A stretch of 64,000 nt of DNA from Eledone cirrhosa (lineage: Eukaryota), in assembly GCA_964016885.1 (NCBI GenBank), contig OZ024761.1:16368001-16432000 (forward strand), given 5' to 3'. Below the pieces are notes generated by a model, which was given only the letters and a program-made list of their open reading frames with translations, had not been told where the DNA came from and did no database searches. Shown piece by piece: positions 24,487 through 40,089 of the stretch (positions within the stretch are counted from its first letter, which is position 1; each line of letters starts with the position of its first letter). Position numbers and translations under genes: made by a program.

Positions 24487-27401
24487 CTAAAGGGAAGGAA
24501 AAAGAAGCATAAGTCAAGTGCAAAATTAACGTTTAAAGGCATAAAGGTATCTCGCTTTCTCTCCTGTAAAACAAATAGGCTGTTTTTAGACCAGGAGGAT
24601 GGGAGGATTGACTCAGTCAGATTTAAATGCACACATGACGGTAAATACGACAGTCCTACAACAGTTAAGTGTCTATAACAACCATGCATTTAAGAGACTG
24701 AAAACCTTACTAATGTGTTTTTATTTTGGTATTTAAAAACAAATTATATATTTAATTTCCTGTAAGTCAAATACAATGTATTTAAATGAATCTACAGATG
24801 GAGTTGCAATATCTGCCAGGACTTTGGAAATAGGGAAATATATAATTTTTAAAATTAAAACTACTTTTCAAAGGAATAATAAAGATATATATACACACAC
24901 ACACACATCTCTAGTGGAGATATTTCTGAGATTGGAAACCCTATCGATGTATGTATTTTGTCACTGAAAAGTTATCAAAAAATTATTATTATATATACAT
25001 GTTTGTGTTTTTGACGTAAGTAAAACGAATCTATATACGAGATTTTCGATACCTGCCAGAGCTAATGAAATAGTAAAAGAATATTTTTATTTTTCAATTA
25101 TGTCAAACATCGTATGTGGTTCTTTATGAAAGAAATGCTAAAATAGATTTAAATATATGAAATTTGCACAGTAGAATTACGGCCGCTTGGCTGGCGTCTG
25201 GTAAAGTGGTGGTAGTGTAGGTTCGAGCGGAGGGGAAACTAAAAAGGTGGCTTCGAGATGATCGTGGCCCCGGGTAGCCCAGAAGATAGAGACCAATCTC
25301 TTAAATTAAAAAAAATTAAAATGTTTTAAACTTAAGATAAAGTAGAAGATCGAAACCCTATCTCCAAATCTATACACACTCAATTGATGCATAGATACAC
25401 CACAACTACCCACACGACCACCTACAGACCAACAAATACGGAGTGAAAATAAACATATTTAAAGCTATTTTATTGTTAGACTAAAAATAAGTTTATATAT
25501 GTAAATATTCAAAAGAAAATCACTTAAGTCTTTATAGTCTAGTGGTAAGACATAGGACTGGGGAATGCCGTGTTTGGATTTCGAATCAACTTAAAACATT
25601 ATTTTTTTTATCCTCACACTGTAAGGAATTTGCTTGATTTGAACACGTAGTCATACCATTTAAAGCTTTATTTTTCTCTTTCTAGTCGTAACACAGTCAG
25701 CATATAAATAAACGTGATTCACTTCAACACGTTGCCATACCATTTAAAACTTTATTTGGAGATGAGACAAAGACACATAAATACACTAAGTAGTAAACCC
25801 TTGATTTAACTTACTATGAAGATGAAGAATGTCTGTTAATATCAAAGTGACGTTAAATTTAGGGGTCACTTTCATTGTTTTTAATTTACAGAAACTCCTT
25901 AATATAATACAATGTATATATTAGAAGGAATATTTTTTATTTTCTTGTTCCGTCAAACCTTGCGTTTATTCTACACACACACACGTCGAAACACTTGCTT
26001 GAGGTGGCTTTCTTAGACATAATGAGAAGTGTTGGCTTTGTGGAGATTGATACAACTTTGGGTGATGTTACGAGGAGAGGCAAGGCTATGGAGAGTGTCT
26101 TAGTGGAAGAGATGATATCAGAGCAGTAACCTCCAAAGAGATGAAATTAGTGACTGAGATGCTATCATTGCATAGTTCAGAATATATATAACAAACATAT
26201 ACTATAAATTTAACAAGTCAAACTACAGTTATACTCTAACACGGAAGACAAATAAAACGTTACCTCTATCATGCACGTCGTATCCAGTGTGTTGTTATAA
26301 GAAAACCGGTGAAACACTAAATATGCCACCAGTGTAGCGATTTTATACTCTCTCTGCTTCATCGTACCACCCAGTAACATGAAACTGTGTTCAAATCCCT
26401 GGGAGGTAGAATTACGTCGCTTTAAATAAACACACTGGGGTCAGTTTGAATATTGATTTCATGTGAAAAATATATACATATTATGATTGTACTCCGAACT
26501 ATCAATATTGAAACAATTCTAATGCGCCAATAAAATTTATATATCTATACAGCAACAGTGTTTTCGATCTTTCTTACTTTTTTATTCACATTCTACAGTC
26601 ACTTTAACTCTGTAATAAAACCCAACACGAGACGAACGTTAGCTGCAGTTACCCACGAAATTAACGCACACACAAATGAATATATATATATATACTACTA
26701 AAATGTATTTAAAATTAAAAAATAAATGCTTAAATTCAATGTATAATTACACGTACAATATGTTTTGTTGTAAAACCCTAAATAATGATTTCAGAAATGA
26801 TGTCAATCTCTTTGTACGGAGATAAACATTAATTTAAGTATATGCATTGTGTGTGCGTATATACTCCATTTAAGACAGCGAAAAAGCCAGTACCTTCTTC
26901 GAAGAATGCCAAATAGTTTATGCCTCAGGGATACCGGTGTAACACTGATTAAATTACCGGTGTAGATATTTCAGTTGAACCCTGCTTCAACAAACTACCC
27001 GGTAATTTGAAATCGAGTTCAGAGTGAGGGGTGTAAAACAGAATTCTGTTTAGAAAATAGTAAATTCTAAACCTGCTAGAAATAATAGCCAAATGTCGTA
27101 CTTTGGGTACGAGGTGCGACTCGTCTTACCTCTTCTAATATATATATATATATATGTGTGTGTGTAGATTCACGGGTCGCGGCGGAGAGAAACCACAATA
27201 AATACAATGTACTCAATAGATTGGCATAGTATATATATATGTGTGTGTACATATAAATATGTGTGTGTGTGTATGTATATATATATATGTATAAATGTAT
27301 ATATACATATAAATACTTATATATATATATATATACATAAACATGTGTATACATACACACATATATAAATAAATATGTATGTATATATATATATCTGTGT
27401 G

Positions 27402-27439
<38 letters not shown>

Positions 27440-27482
27440 TTACTTAGGTTCTAAGGAATATTCCGCGAATGTCGGGGTTTAT

Positions 27483-27519
<37 letters not shown>

Positions 27520-27530
27520 ATATACATATT

Positions 27531-27911
27531 TATTACTTTCACTGTTATTTCTAGCATAAAAAAGAAAAACCGGAAGGGGAGAAAATTGAAAAACTTCTTC
27601 TTTTTCCCTCCTCTAACTTTTCAAACAAAAGGAAATTTTATGTAAACAAAAACGAAATTTTTGCCAAGAAAGATAACTCTTCTCTGACTTAAATCCAAAA
27701 TTGGGATACAAAAAAAATTCCGCCAGTTTTTGTATCCCAATTTTGGATTTAAGTCAGAGAAGAGTTATCTTTCTTGGCAAAAATTTCGTTTTTGTTTACA
27801 TAAAATTTCCTTTTGTTTGAAAAGTTAGAGGAGGGAAAAAGAAGAAGTTTTTCAATTTTCTCCACTTCCCGTTTTTTCTAGTGTATACTAGAAATAGCAG
27901 TCAAAGCAATA
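27531..27911. repeat. ~380-bp foldback hairpin, unit 2
   Basis: Same element; loop TTCCGCCAG. Confidence 0.95.
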
Positions 27912-28254
27912 TATATATGCCTTTTGTGACAAAATATATTGTTTTAATGCTAGATTATTAACAACAATATATTGTATTTGTTGGCCTATTGGACGCAGAA
28001 GACGCTCACTCGATTTTTATTATATTTTACGTTGTATTTTGAGGTTTATAGACATTTCTATGGACCACCTACAATATTCGCGGTTTTTCATTATTCTCGG
28101 GTTCTCTAGGACTGTAAACCCCACGAATGCCGGGGGGTAACTGTATATGAATATATCGACTGATAATATACAGTATAATTGTATGAGTATGCATATACAT
28201 AGCAATATATATACATATTTACACATATATGTACATATATATATATAGACACAC

Positions 28255-28297
<43 letters not shown>

Positions 28298-28299
28298 TG

Positions 28300-28330
<31 letters not shown>

Positions 28331-28381
28331 GCATGTATGTATATATGTATACATATATATATATATGAATGTCTGTATATA

Positions 28382-28439
<58 letters not shown>

Positions 28440-31131
28440 TAGACATGTGTGTGTGTGTACATTCTTAGGTATATACATATATATTTATACACACATACAT
28501 ACAAATATATATATTTCTATGAGTCACAGTTTATTTCACATTGGAGACAGAGTGAGAGATTTAGCTTTCATTTTTAGCAGATTTAGAAACTTTGCAAACG
28601 CTTTATTTTTTCTTATTGCCGGTACTCTGAACACGATTTGAAATGACTGGAGTGAGTTTATAAAAGGGTAAACTGAAATAGTTGCACCGGTAATATATTT
28701 AGTGTTACACCGGTATTTTCGAAACAGTCTCTTTCGTCTGCAAGAGGTAACGTTTTCTATGCCGTCTCTGTTAGTGTAGAACTGTAGGTTGACTTGCTTG
28801 GTTTTTACAACTCTTTGTCAACATGCATATTATTATTATAAACTTTCAAACACACTTACATATATTTTATTTATAAACATATAGGATTTTACTAAGTTTT
28901 TATTCTTTCTAATGTGAAGAGATAGAAATAATAAGTTAAAACTAAAGTATAATGATATAACAACTGTATATAATAGTTTTCTCCCCTTTATTGAGATGCA
29001 AACGTTTTAAAGAAAAAACATGACGGTATAAGAAATATTTAATATCGTAACATATAATATTTCAGGTAGGATGGTCGTTTCTCTTGTCTTCCACCTCTAG
29101 TTGTAGATTCTTCATGTCCTCTCTAGCCATAATTATGTCGTCGACATATTCATATTCTTGAATGAATTGCAAATCATAAGGTAGCCTTCTTGGTACATTT
29201 ATTAGCTTTAATTCGTGTTTACACTGCTTGTAATAATTCGTACGTTTTTTTACTTTAGATGAAACATATATATAAAAACGTCTGTGGCTTTAGTATACCT
29301 TTAAGTTTGATTTCAATAGAAAAATATTTACTGAACATGTGTAACACAATTATAACTGGAGCTACTAAGTTCCTAGCCACTAGAAAATCTATTTGATAGA
29401 AGTTATTTCCTAGTTCTATGCACTGTCAATATCCCTTCTACTTTTTATATGCTTGTGTTTGTTAAAGAAACATTCTCTGATTTTAGAAACCACGTTCTTC
29501 TCGCACCACCGTTGTAGTAATTCTTGTTAAATGTTTTGTCTGGTCTATTGTCAATAAGTGTCCTTGTTTTCTGATTATGAATAAAGTTAAGTGGTCTACT
29601 GAATTGTCTTAATTATTGCTAATTTATAAGTTTGTTTAACTGCCGATAACTTTTAAATCTATTTCTTAGGTTGCTTAGGCCTACAAATCTTATATCAGTG
29701 TCCCTTCTTTTGACACTTTCTACGAGTGAATCCTTAAATTGACATTTTATTTTGGGTTGTACTGCCTTATCCCACCTATAACAGCTAGAAGCAAATATAG
29801 TAAAAACAGGTCCTTGACTGTGGAGACGAATATGAGTTATGTTGAATATAATTGTTGAGGTTTATTCAATCTAAGAGAAGAAAAAATAAGTAAAGTGCAA
29901 AATTAACGTTTAAAGACAAAAGTATTTCTCTTTCTCTCTGGCAAAATAAATCTGCTGTTTTTAGACCTAGAGGAGGGGAGGATTGACTCAGTCAGGTTTC
30001 AATGACGGTAATTACGGCACCCCTACAACAACAGTTAAGTGTCTATAACCACCATGCATTTATGAGACTAAAAACCTTGCTAGTGTATTTTTATTTTGGT
30101 ACAAAAGTTTTTAAATAATTTCATAAGTTTTAAATTCAAGTAAGTCCAATATAACGTATTTAAACGAATCTATAGATAGGATTTCAATATCTTCCAGAGC
30201 TTATGAAATAGTAAAACAATTTTTTTTTCTTTTCAATTATATCAAATACCATAAGTTGTTCTTTATTAAAGAAATGCTAAAATAGATTTAGTTAGTATGA
30301 CTCTGAAATGTGTTCATAAACGGTAATGTTATGTTTTCCGTAGAGACTGTCTGTCTTACAGTATGTTTACACACAATACATACATGCATATACATAAATT
30401 AATTGTTTATTAGCTATATTCATCTGTTTACACACCTCGTAATAATTCGAGCGGTTTTGTTTTTGTTTTTTCTTCAGGAGAGACGTAGATAGAAAAACGT
30501 TCGTGGCTTTAGTATTGTTTAATTGCCGATAAATTTGAAATATATTTGTTAGGTTTCTTAGAACTACAAATCTTTCTTATGACACTTACTACGGAATAAA
30601 TTCTTAGCTGGATACTTTACTTTGTGATTACTTTCCTCCCAAAGCCATAACAGCTTGAATGAGATGTAGCAAAAACTTGTGAAGACTGACATGAGTTATG
30701 TTGAATATAAGTGTAGACGTAAAATATTTTTGTTTATTCAATCTAAAGAATTTTAAGTCAAGTGCAAAATTAATGTTTAAAGGCATAAGAAAGGTATCTC
30801 GCTTTCTCTCCTGTAAAACAAATAGGCTGTTTTTAGACCAGGAGGATGGGAGGATTGACTCAGTCAGATTTAAATGCACACATGACGGTAAATACGACAG
30901 TCCTACAACAGTTAAGTGTCTATAACAACCATGCATTTAAGAGACTGAAAACCTTACTAATGTGTTTTTATTTTGGTATTTAAAAACAAATTATATATTT
31001 AATTTCATGTAAGTCAAATACAATGTATTTAAATGAATCTACAGATGGAGTTGCAATATCTGCCAGGACTTTGGAAATAGAGAAATATATAATTTTTAAA
31101 ATTAAAACTACTTTTCAAAGGAATAATAAAG

Positions 31132-31166
<35 letters not shown>

Positions 31167-33660
31167 TCTCTAGTGGAGATATTTCTGAGATTGGAAACCC
31201 TATCGATGTATGTATTTTGTCACTGAAAAGTTATCAAAAATTTATTATTATATATACATGTTTGTGTTTTTGACGTAAGTAAAACGAATCTATATACGAG
31301 ATTTTCGATACCTGCCAGAGCTAATGAAATAGTAAAAGAATATTTTTATTTTTCAATTATGTCAAACATCGTATGTGGTTCTTTATTAAAGAAATGCTAA
31401 AATGGATTTAAAGATATGAAATTTGCACAGTAGAATTACGGCCGCTTGGCTGGCGTCTGGTAAAGTGGTGGTAGTGTAGGTTCGAGCGGAGGGGAAACTA
31501 AAAAGGTGGCTTCGAGATGATCGTGGCCCCGGGTAGCCCAGAAGATAGAGACCAATCTCTTAAATTAAAAAAAATTAAAATGTTTTAAACTTAAGATAAA
31601 GTAGAAGATCGAAACCCTATCTCCAAATCTATACACACTCAATTGATGCATAGATACACCACAACTACCCACACGACCACCTACAGACCAACAAATACGG
31701 AGTGAAAATAAACACATTTAAAGCTATTTTATTGTTAGACTAAAAATAAGTTTATATATGTAAATATTCAAAAGAAAATCACTTAAGTCTTTATAGTCTA
31801 GTGGTAAGACATAGGACTGGGGAATGTCGTGTTTGGATTTCGAATCAACTTAAAACATTATTTTTTTTATCCTCACACTGTAAGGAATTTGCTTGATTTG
31901 AACACGTAGTCATACCATTTAAAGCTTTATTTTTCTCTTTCTAGTCGTAACACAGTCAGCATATAAATAAACGTGATTCACTTCAACACGTTGCCATACC
32001 ATTTAAAACTTTATTTGGAGATGAGACAAAGACACATAAATACACCAAGTAGTAAACCCTTGATTTAACTTACTATGAAGATGAAGAATGTCTGTTAATA
32101 TCAAAGTGACGTTAAATTTAGGGGTCACTTTCATTGTTTTTAATTTACAGAAACTCCTTAATATAATACAATGTATATATTAGAAGGAATATTTTTTATT
32201 TTCTTGTTCCGTCAAACCTTGCGTTTATTCTACACACACACACGTCGAAACACTTGCTTGAGGTGGCTTTCTTAGACATAATGAGAAGTGTTGGCTTTGT
32301 GGAGATTGATACAACTTTGGGTGATGTTACGAGGAGAGGCAAGGCTATGGAGAGTGTCTTAGTGGAAGAGATGATATCAGAGCAGTAACCTCCAAAGAGA
32401 TGAAATTAGTGACTGAGATGCTATCATTGCATAGTTCAGAATATATATAACAAACATATACTATAAATTTAACAAGTCAAACTACAGTTATACTCTAACA
32501 CGGAAGACAAATAAAACGTTACCTCTATCATGCACGTCGTATCCAGTGTGTTGTTATAAGAAAACCGGTGAAACACTAAATATGCCACCAGTGTAGCGAT
32601 TTTATACTCTCTCTGCTTCATCGTACCACCCAGTAACATGAAACTGTGTTCAAATCCCTGGGAGGTAGAATTACGTCGCTTTAAATAAACACACTGGGGT
32701 CAGTTTGAATATTGATTTCATGTGAAAAATATATACATATTATGATTGTACTCCGAACTATTAATATTGAAACAATTCTAATGCGCCAATAAAATTTATA
32801 TATCTATACAGCAACAGTGTTTTCGATCTTTCTTACTTTTTTATTCACATTCTACAGTCACTTTAACTCTGTAATAAAACCCAACACGAGACGAACGTTA
32901 GCTGCAGTTACCCACGAAATTAACGCACACACAAATGAATATATATATATATACTACTAAAATGTATTTAAAATTAAAAAATAAATGCTTAAATTCAATG
33001 TATAATTACACGTACAATATGTTTTGTTGTAAAACCCTAAATAATGATTTCAGAAATGATGTCAATCTCTTTGTACGGAGATAAACATTAATTTAAGTAT
33101 ATGCATTGTGTGTGCGTATATACTCCATTTAAGACAGCGAAAAAGCCAGTACCTTCTTCGAAGAATGCCAAATAGTTTATGCCTCAGGGATACCGGTGTA
33201 ACACTGATTAAATTACCGGTGTAGATATTTCAGTTGAACCCTGCTTCAACAAACTACCCGGTAATTTGAAATCGAGTTCAGAGTGAGGGGTGTAAAACAG
33301 AATTCTGTTTAGAAAATAGTAAATTCTAAACCTGCTAGAAATAATAGCCAAATGTCGTACTTTGGGTACGAGGTGCGACTCGTCTTACCTCTTCTAATAT
33401 ATATATATATATATGTGTGTGTGTAGATTCACGGGTCGCGGCGGAGAGAAACCACAATAAATACAATGTACTCAATAGATTGGCATAGTATATATATATG
33501 TGTGTGTACATATAAATATGTGTGTGTGTGTATGTATATATATATATGTATAAATGTATATATACATATAAATACTTATATATATATATATATACATAAA
33601 CATGTGTATACATACACACATATATAAATAAATATGTATGTATATATATATATCTGTGTG

Positions 33661-33700
<40 letters not shown>

Positions 33701-33743
33701 TTACTTAGGTTCTAAGGAATATTCCGCGAATGTCGGGGTTTAT

Positions 33744-33780
<37 letters not shown>

Positions 33781-33791
33781 ATATACATATT

Positions 33792-34172
33792 TATTACTTT
33801 CACTGTTATTTCTAGCATAAAAAAGAAAAACCGGAAGGGGAGAAAATTGAAAAACTTCTTCTTTTTCCCTCCTCTAACTTTTCAAACAAAAGGAAATTTT
33901 ATGTAAACAAAAACGAAATTTTTGCCAAGAAAGATAACTCTTCTCTGACTTAAATCCAAAATTGGGATACAAAAAAAATTCCGCCAGTTTTTGTATCCCA
34001 ATTTTGGATTTAAGTCAGAGAAGAGTTATCTTTCTTGGCAAAAATTTCGTTTTTGTTTACATAAAATTTCCTTTTGTTTGAAAAGTTAGAGGAGGTAAAA
34101 AGAAGAAGTTTTTCAATTTTCTCCACTTCCCGTTTTATCTAGTGTATACTAGAAATAGCAGTCAAAGCAATA
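33792..34172. repeat. ~380-bp foldback hairpin, unit 3
   Basis: Same element; loop TTCCGCCAG. Confidence 0.95.
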
Positions 34173-34515
34173 TATATATGCCTTTTGTGACAAAATATAT
34201 TGTTTTAATGCTAGATTATTAACAACAATATATTGTATTTGTTGGCCTATTGGACGCAGAAGACGCTCACTCGATTTTTATTATATTTTACGTTGTATTT
34301 TGAGGTTTATAGACATTTCTATGGACCACCTACAATATTCGCGGTTTTTCACTATTCTCGGGTTCTCTAGGACTGTAAACCCCACGAATGCCGGGGGGTA
34401 ACTGTATATGAATATATCGACTGATAATATACAGTATAATTGTACGAGTATGCATATACATAGCAATATATATACATATTTACACATATATGTACATATA
34501 TATATATAGACACAC

Positions 34516-34564
<49 letters not shown>

Positions 34565-34566
34565 TG

Positions 34567-34597
<31 letters not shown>

Positions 34598-34648
34598 GCA
34601 TGTATGTATATATGTATACATATATATATATATGAATGTCTGTATATA

Positions 34649-34700
<52 letters not shown>

Positions 34701-37700
34701 TAGACATGTGTGTGTGTGTACATTCTTAGGTATATACATATATATTTATACACACATACATACAAATATATATATTTCTATGAGTCACAGTTTATTTCAC
34801 ATTGGAGACAGAGTGAGAGATTTAGCTTTCATTTTTAGCAGATTTAGAAACTTTGCAAACGCTTTATTTTTTCTTATTGCCGGTACTCTGAACACGATTT
34901 GAAATGACTGGAGTGAGTTTATAAAAGGGTAAACTGAAATAGTTGCACCGGTAATATATTTAGTGTTACACCGGTATTTTCGAAACAGTCTCTTTCGCAT
35001 TCGTCTGCAAGAGGTAACGTTTTCTATGCCGTCTCTGTTAGTGTAGAACTGTAGGTTGACTTGCTTGGTTTTTACAACTCTTTGTCAACATGCATATTAT
35101 TATTATATACTTTCAAACACACTTACATATATTATATTTATAAACATATAGGATTTTACTAAGTTTTTATTCTTTCTAATGTGAAGAGATAGAAATAATA
35201 AGTTAAAACTAAAGTATAATGATATAACAACTGTATATAATAGTTTTCTCCCCTTTATTGAGATGCAAACGTTTTAAAGAAAAAACATGACGGTATAAGA
35301 AATATTTAATATCATAACATATAATATTTCAGGTAGGATGGTCGTTTCTCTTGTCTTCCACCTCTAGTTGTAGATTCTTCATGTCCTCTCTAGCCATAAT
35401 TATGTCGTCGACATATGCATAAGTTTGATTTCTCCTTGAATGAATTGCAAATCTTGAGGTAGCCTTCTTGGTACATTTATTAGCTTTAATTCGTGTTTAC
35501 ACTGCTTGTAATAATTCGTACGTTTTTTACTTTAGATGAAACATATATATAAAAACGTCTGTGGCTTTAGTATACCTTTAAGTTTGATTTCAATAGAAAA
35601 ATATTTACTGAACATGTGTAACACAATTATAACTGGAGCTACTAAGTTCCTAGCCACTAGAAAATCTATTTGATAGAAGTTATTTCCTAGTTCTATGCAC
35701 TGTCAATATCCCTTCTACTTTTTATATGCTTGTGTTTGTTAAAGAAACATTCTCTGATTTTAGAAACCACGTTCTTCTCGCACCACCGTTGTAGTAATTC
35801 TTGTTAAATGTTTTGTCTGGTCTATTGTCAATAAGTGTCCTTGTTTTCTGATTATGAATAAAGTTAAGTGGTCTACTGAATTGTCTTAATTATTGCTAAT
35901 TTATAAGTTTGTTTAACTGCCGATAACTTTTAAATCTATTTCTTAGGTTGCTTAGGCCTACAAATCTTATATCAGTGTCCCTTCTTTTGACACTTTCTAC
36001 GAGTGAATCCTTAAATTGACATTTTATTTTGGGTTGTACTGCCTTATCCCACCTATAACAGCTAGAAGCAAATATAGTAAAAACAGGTCCTTGACTGTGG
36101 AGACGAATAGGAGTTATGTTGAATATAATTGTTGAGGTTTATTCAATCTAAGAGAAGAAAAAATAAGTAAAGTGCAAAATTAACGTTTAAAGACAAAAGT
36201 ATTTCTCTTTCTCCCTGGCAAAATAAATCTGCTGTTTGTAGACCTAGAGGAGGGGAGGATTGACTCAGTCAGGTTTCAATGCCCACATGACGGAAATTAC
36301 GGCACACCTACAACAACAGTTAAGTGTCTATAACCACCACGCATTTATGAGACTAAAAACCTTGGTAGTGTATTTTTATTTTGGTACAAAAGTTTTTAAA
36401 TAATTTCATAAGTTTTAAATTCAACTAAGTCCAATATAACGTATTTAAACGAATCTATAGATAGGATTTCAATATCTTCCAGAGCTTATGAAATAGTAAA
36501 ACAATTTTTTTTCTTTTCAATTATATCAAATACCATAAGTTGTTCTTTATTAAAGAAATGCTAAAATAGATTTAGTTAGTATGACTCTGAAATGTGTTCA
36601 TAAACGGTAATGTTATGTTTTCCGTAGAGCCTGTCTGTCTTACAGTATGTTTACACACAATACATACATGCATATACATAAATTAATTGTTTATTAGCTA
36701 TATTCATCTGTTTACACTCCTCGTAATAATTCGAGCGGTTTTGTTTTTGTTTTTTCTTCAGGAGAGACGTAGATAGAAAAACGTTTGTGGCTTTAGTATT
36801 GCTTATTTTTAAGTTTTGTTTAATTGCCGATAAATTTGAAATATATTTGTTAGGTTTCTTAGAACTACAAATCTTTCTTATGACACTTACTACGGAATAA
36901 ATTCTTAGCTGGATACTTTACTTTGTGATTACTTTCCTCCTAAAGCTATGACAGCTTGAATGAGATGTAGCAAAATCTTGTGAAGACTGACATGAGTTAT
37001 GTTGAATATAAGTGTAGACGTAAAATATTTTTGTTTATTCAATCTAAAGGGAAGGAAAAAGAATTATAAGTCAAGTGCAAAATTAACGTTTAAAGGCATA
37101 AGAAATGTATCTCGCTTTCTCTCCTGTAAAACAAATAGGCTGTTTTTAGACCAGGAGGATGGGAGGATTGACTCAGTCAGATTTAAATGCACACATGACG
37201 GTAAATACGACAGTCCTACAACAGTTAAGTGTCTATAACAACCATGCATTTAAGAGACTGAAAACCTTACTAATGTGTTTTTATTTTGGTATTTAAAAAC
37301 AAATTATATATTTAATTTCATGTAAGTCAAATACAATGTATTTAAATGAATCTACAGATGGAGTTGCAATATCTGCCAGGACTTTGGAAATAGGGAAATA
37401 TATAATTTTTAAAATTAAAACTACTTTTCAAAGGAATAATAAAGATATATATACACACACACACACACACATCTCTAGTGGAGATATTTCTGAGATTGGA
37501 AACCCTATCGATGTATGTATTTTGTCACTGAAAAGTTATCAAAAAATTATTATTATATATACATGTTTGTGTTTTTGACGTAAGTAAAACGAATCTATAT
37601 ACGAGATTTTCGATACCTGCCAGAGCTAATGAAATAGTAAAAGAATATTTTTATTTTTCAATTATGTCAAACATCGTATGTGGTTCTTTATTAAAGAAAT

Positions 37701-39708
37701 GCTAAAATGTATTTAAAGATATGAAATTTGCACAGTAGAATTACGGCCGCTTGGCTGGCGTCTGGTAAAGTGGTGGTAGTGTAGGTTCGAGCGGAGGGGA
37801 AACTAAAAAGGTGGCTTCGAGATGATCGTGGCCCCGGGTAGCCCAGAAGATAGAGACCAATCTCTTAAATTAAAAAAAATTAAAATGTTTTAAACTTAAG
37901 ATAAAGTAGAAGATCGAAACCCTATCTCCAAATCTATACACACTCAATTGATGCATAGATACACCACAACTACCCACACGACCACCTACAGACCAACAAA
38001 TACGGAGTGAAAATAAACACATTTAAAGCTATTTTATTGTTAGACTAAAAATAAGTTTATATATGTAAATATTCAAAAGAAAATCACTTAAGTCTTTATA
38101 GTCTAGTGGTAAGACATAGGACTGGGGAATGTCGTGTTTGGATTTCGAATCAACTTAAAACATTATTTTTTTTATCCTCACACTGTAAGGAATTTGCTTG
38201 ATTTGAACACGTAGTCATACCATTTAAAGCTTTATTTTTCTCTTTCTAGTCGTAACACAGTCAGCATATAAATAAACGTGATTCACTTCAACACGTTGCC
38301 ATACCATTTAAAACTTTATTTGGAGATGAGACAAAGACACATAAATACACTAAGTAGTAAACCCTTGATTTAACTTACTATGAAGATGAAGAATGTCTGT
38401 TAATATCAAAGTGACGTTAAATTTAGGGGTCACTTTCATTGTTTTTAATTTACAGAAACTCCTTAATATAATACAATGTATATATTAGAAGGAATATTTT
38501 TTATTTTCTTGTTCCGTCAAACCTTGCGTTTATTCTACACACACACACACGTCGAAACACTTGCTTGAGGTGGCTTTCTTAGACATAATGAGAAGTGTTG
38601 GCTTTGTGGAGATTGATACAACTTTGGGTGATGTTACGAGGAGAGGCAAGGCTATGGAGAGTGTCTTAGTGGAAGAGATGATATCAGAGCAGTAACCTCC
38701 AAAGAGATGAAATTAGTGACTGAGATGCTATCATTGCATAGTTCAGAATATATATAACAAACATATACTATAAATTTAACAAGTCAAACTACAGTTATAC
38801 TCTAACACGGAAGACAAATAAAACGTTACCTCTATCATGCACGTCGTATCCAGTGTGTTGTTATAAGAAAACCGGTGAAACACTAAATATGCCACCAGTG
38901 TAGCGATTTTATACTCTCTCTGCTTCATCGTACCACCCAGTAACATGAAACTGTGTTCAAATCCCTGGGAGGTAGAATTACGTCGCTTTAAATAAACACA
39001 CTGGGGGTCAGTTTGAATATTGATTTCATGTGAAAAATATATACATATTATGATTGTACTCCGAACTATTAATATTGAAACAATTCTAATGCGCCAATAA
39101 AATTTATATATCTATACAGCAACAGTGTTTTCGATCTTTCTTACTTTTTTATTCACATTCTACAGTCACTTTAACTCTGTAATAAAACCCAACACGAGAC
39201 GAACGTTAGCTGCAGTTACCCACGAAATTAACTCACTCACAAATGAATATATATATATATATATACTACTAAAATGTATTTAAAATTAAAAAATAAATGC
39301 TTAAATTCAATGTATAATTTCACGTACAATATGTTTTGTTGTAAAACCCTAAATAATGATTTCAGAAATGATGTCAATCTCTTTGTACAGAGATAAACAT
39401 TAATTTATGTATATGCATTGTGTGTGCGTATATACTCCATTTAAGACAGCGAAAAAGCCAGTACCTTCTTCGAAGAATGCCAAATAGTTTATGCCTCAGG
39501 GATACCGGTGTAACACTAATTAAGTTACCGGTGTAGATATTTCAGTTGAACCCTGCTTCAACAAACTACCCGGTAATTTGAAATCGAGTTCAGAGTGAGG
39601 GGTGTAAAACAGAATTCTGTTTGGAAAATAGTAAATTCTAAACCTGCTAGAAATAATAGCCAAATGTCGTATTTTGGGTACGAGGTGCGACTCGTCTTAC
39701 CTCTTCTA

Positions 39709-39740
<32 letters not shown>

Positions 39741-40089
39741 AGATTCACGGGTCGCTGCGGAGAGAAACCACAATAAATACAATGTACTCAATAGATTGGC
39801 ATAGTATATATATATGTGTGTGTACATATAAATATGTGTGTGTGTGTGTATGTATATATATATATGTATAAATGTATATATACATATAAATACTTATATA
39901 TATATATATACATAAACATATGTATACATACACACATATATAAATAAATATGTATGTATATATATATATCTGTGTGTCTATTTATATATATATATATATA
40001 TATATAATTATTACTTAGGTTCTAAGGAATATTCCGCGAATGTCGGGGTTTAATGTGTATATATATATATATATGTGTATATACATATT

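Larger units (their letters stand above)
22383..26984. mobile_element. Putative non-autonomous hAT-like element (~4.6 kb) defined by ~50-bp imperfect TIRs and enclosing pseudogene modules A and B
   Basis: Left end AGGGTAAACTGAAATAGTTGCACCGGTAATATATTTAGTGTTACACCG; right end reverse complement CAGGGTTCAACTGAAATATCTACACCGGTAATTTAATCAGTGTTACACCGG. No TSD seen. The pair recurs at 17178-20724, 28665-33243, 34926-39555, 41249-45839, 47522-52153 and 53847-58448. Confidence 0.45.

Noticed and set aside
24445-24967. Recurrent + strand ORFs (MNISVDVK...PTTVKCL and MYLNESTDG...)
   Set aside because: They recur only because of the tandem array; frames shift with (CA)n length and indels between units, and the coding signal is on the opposite strand.
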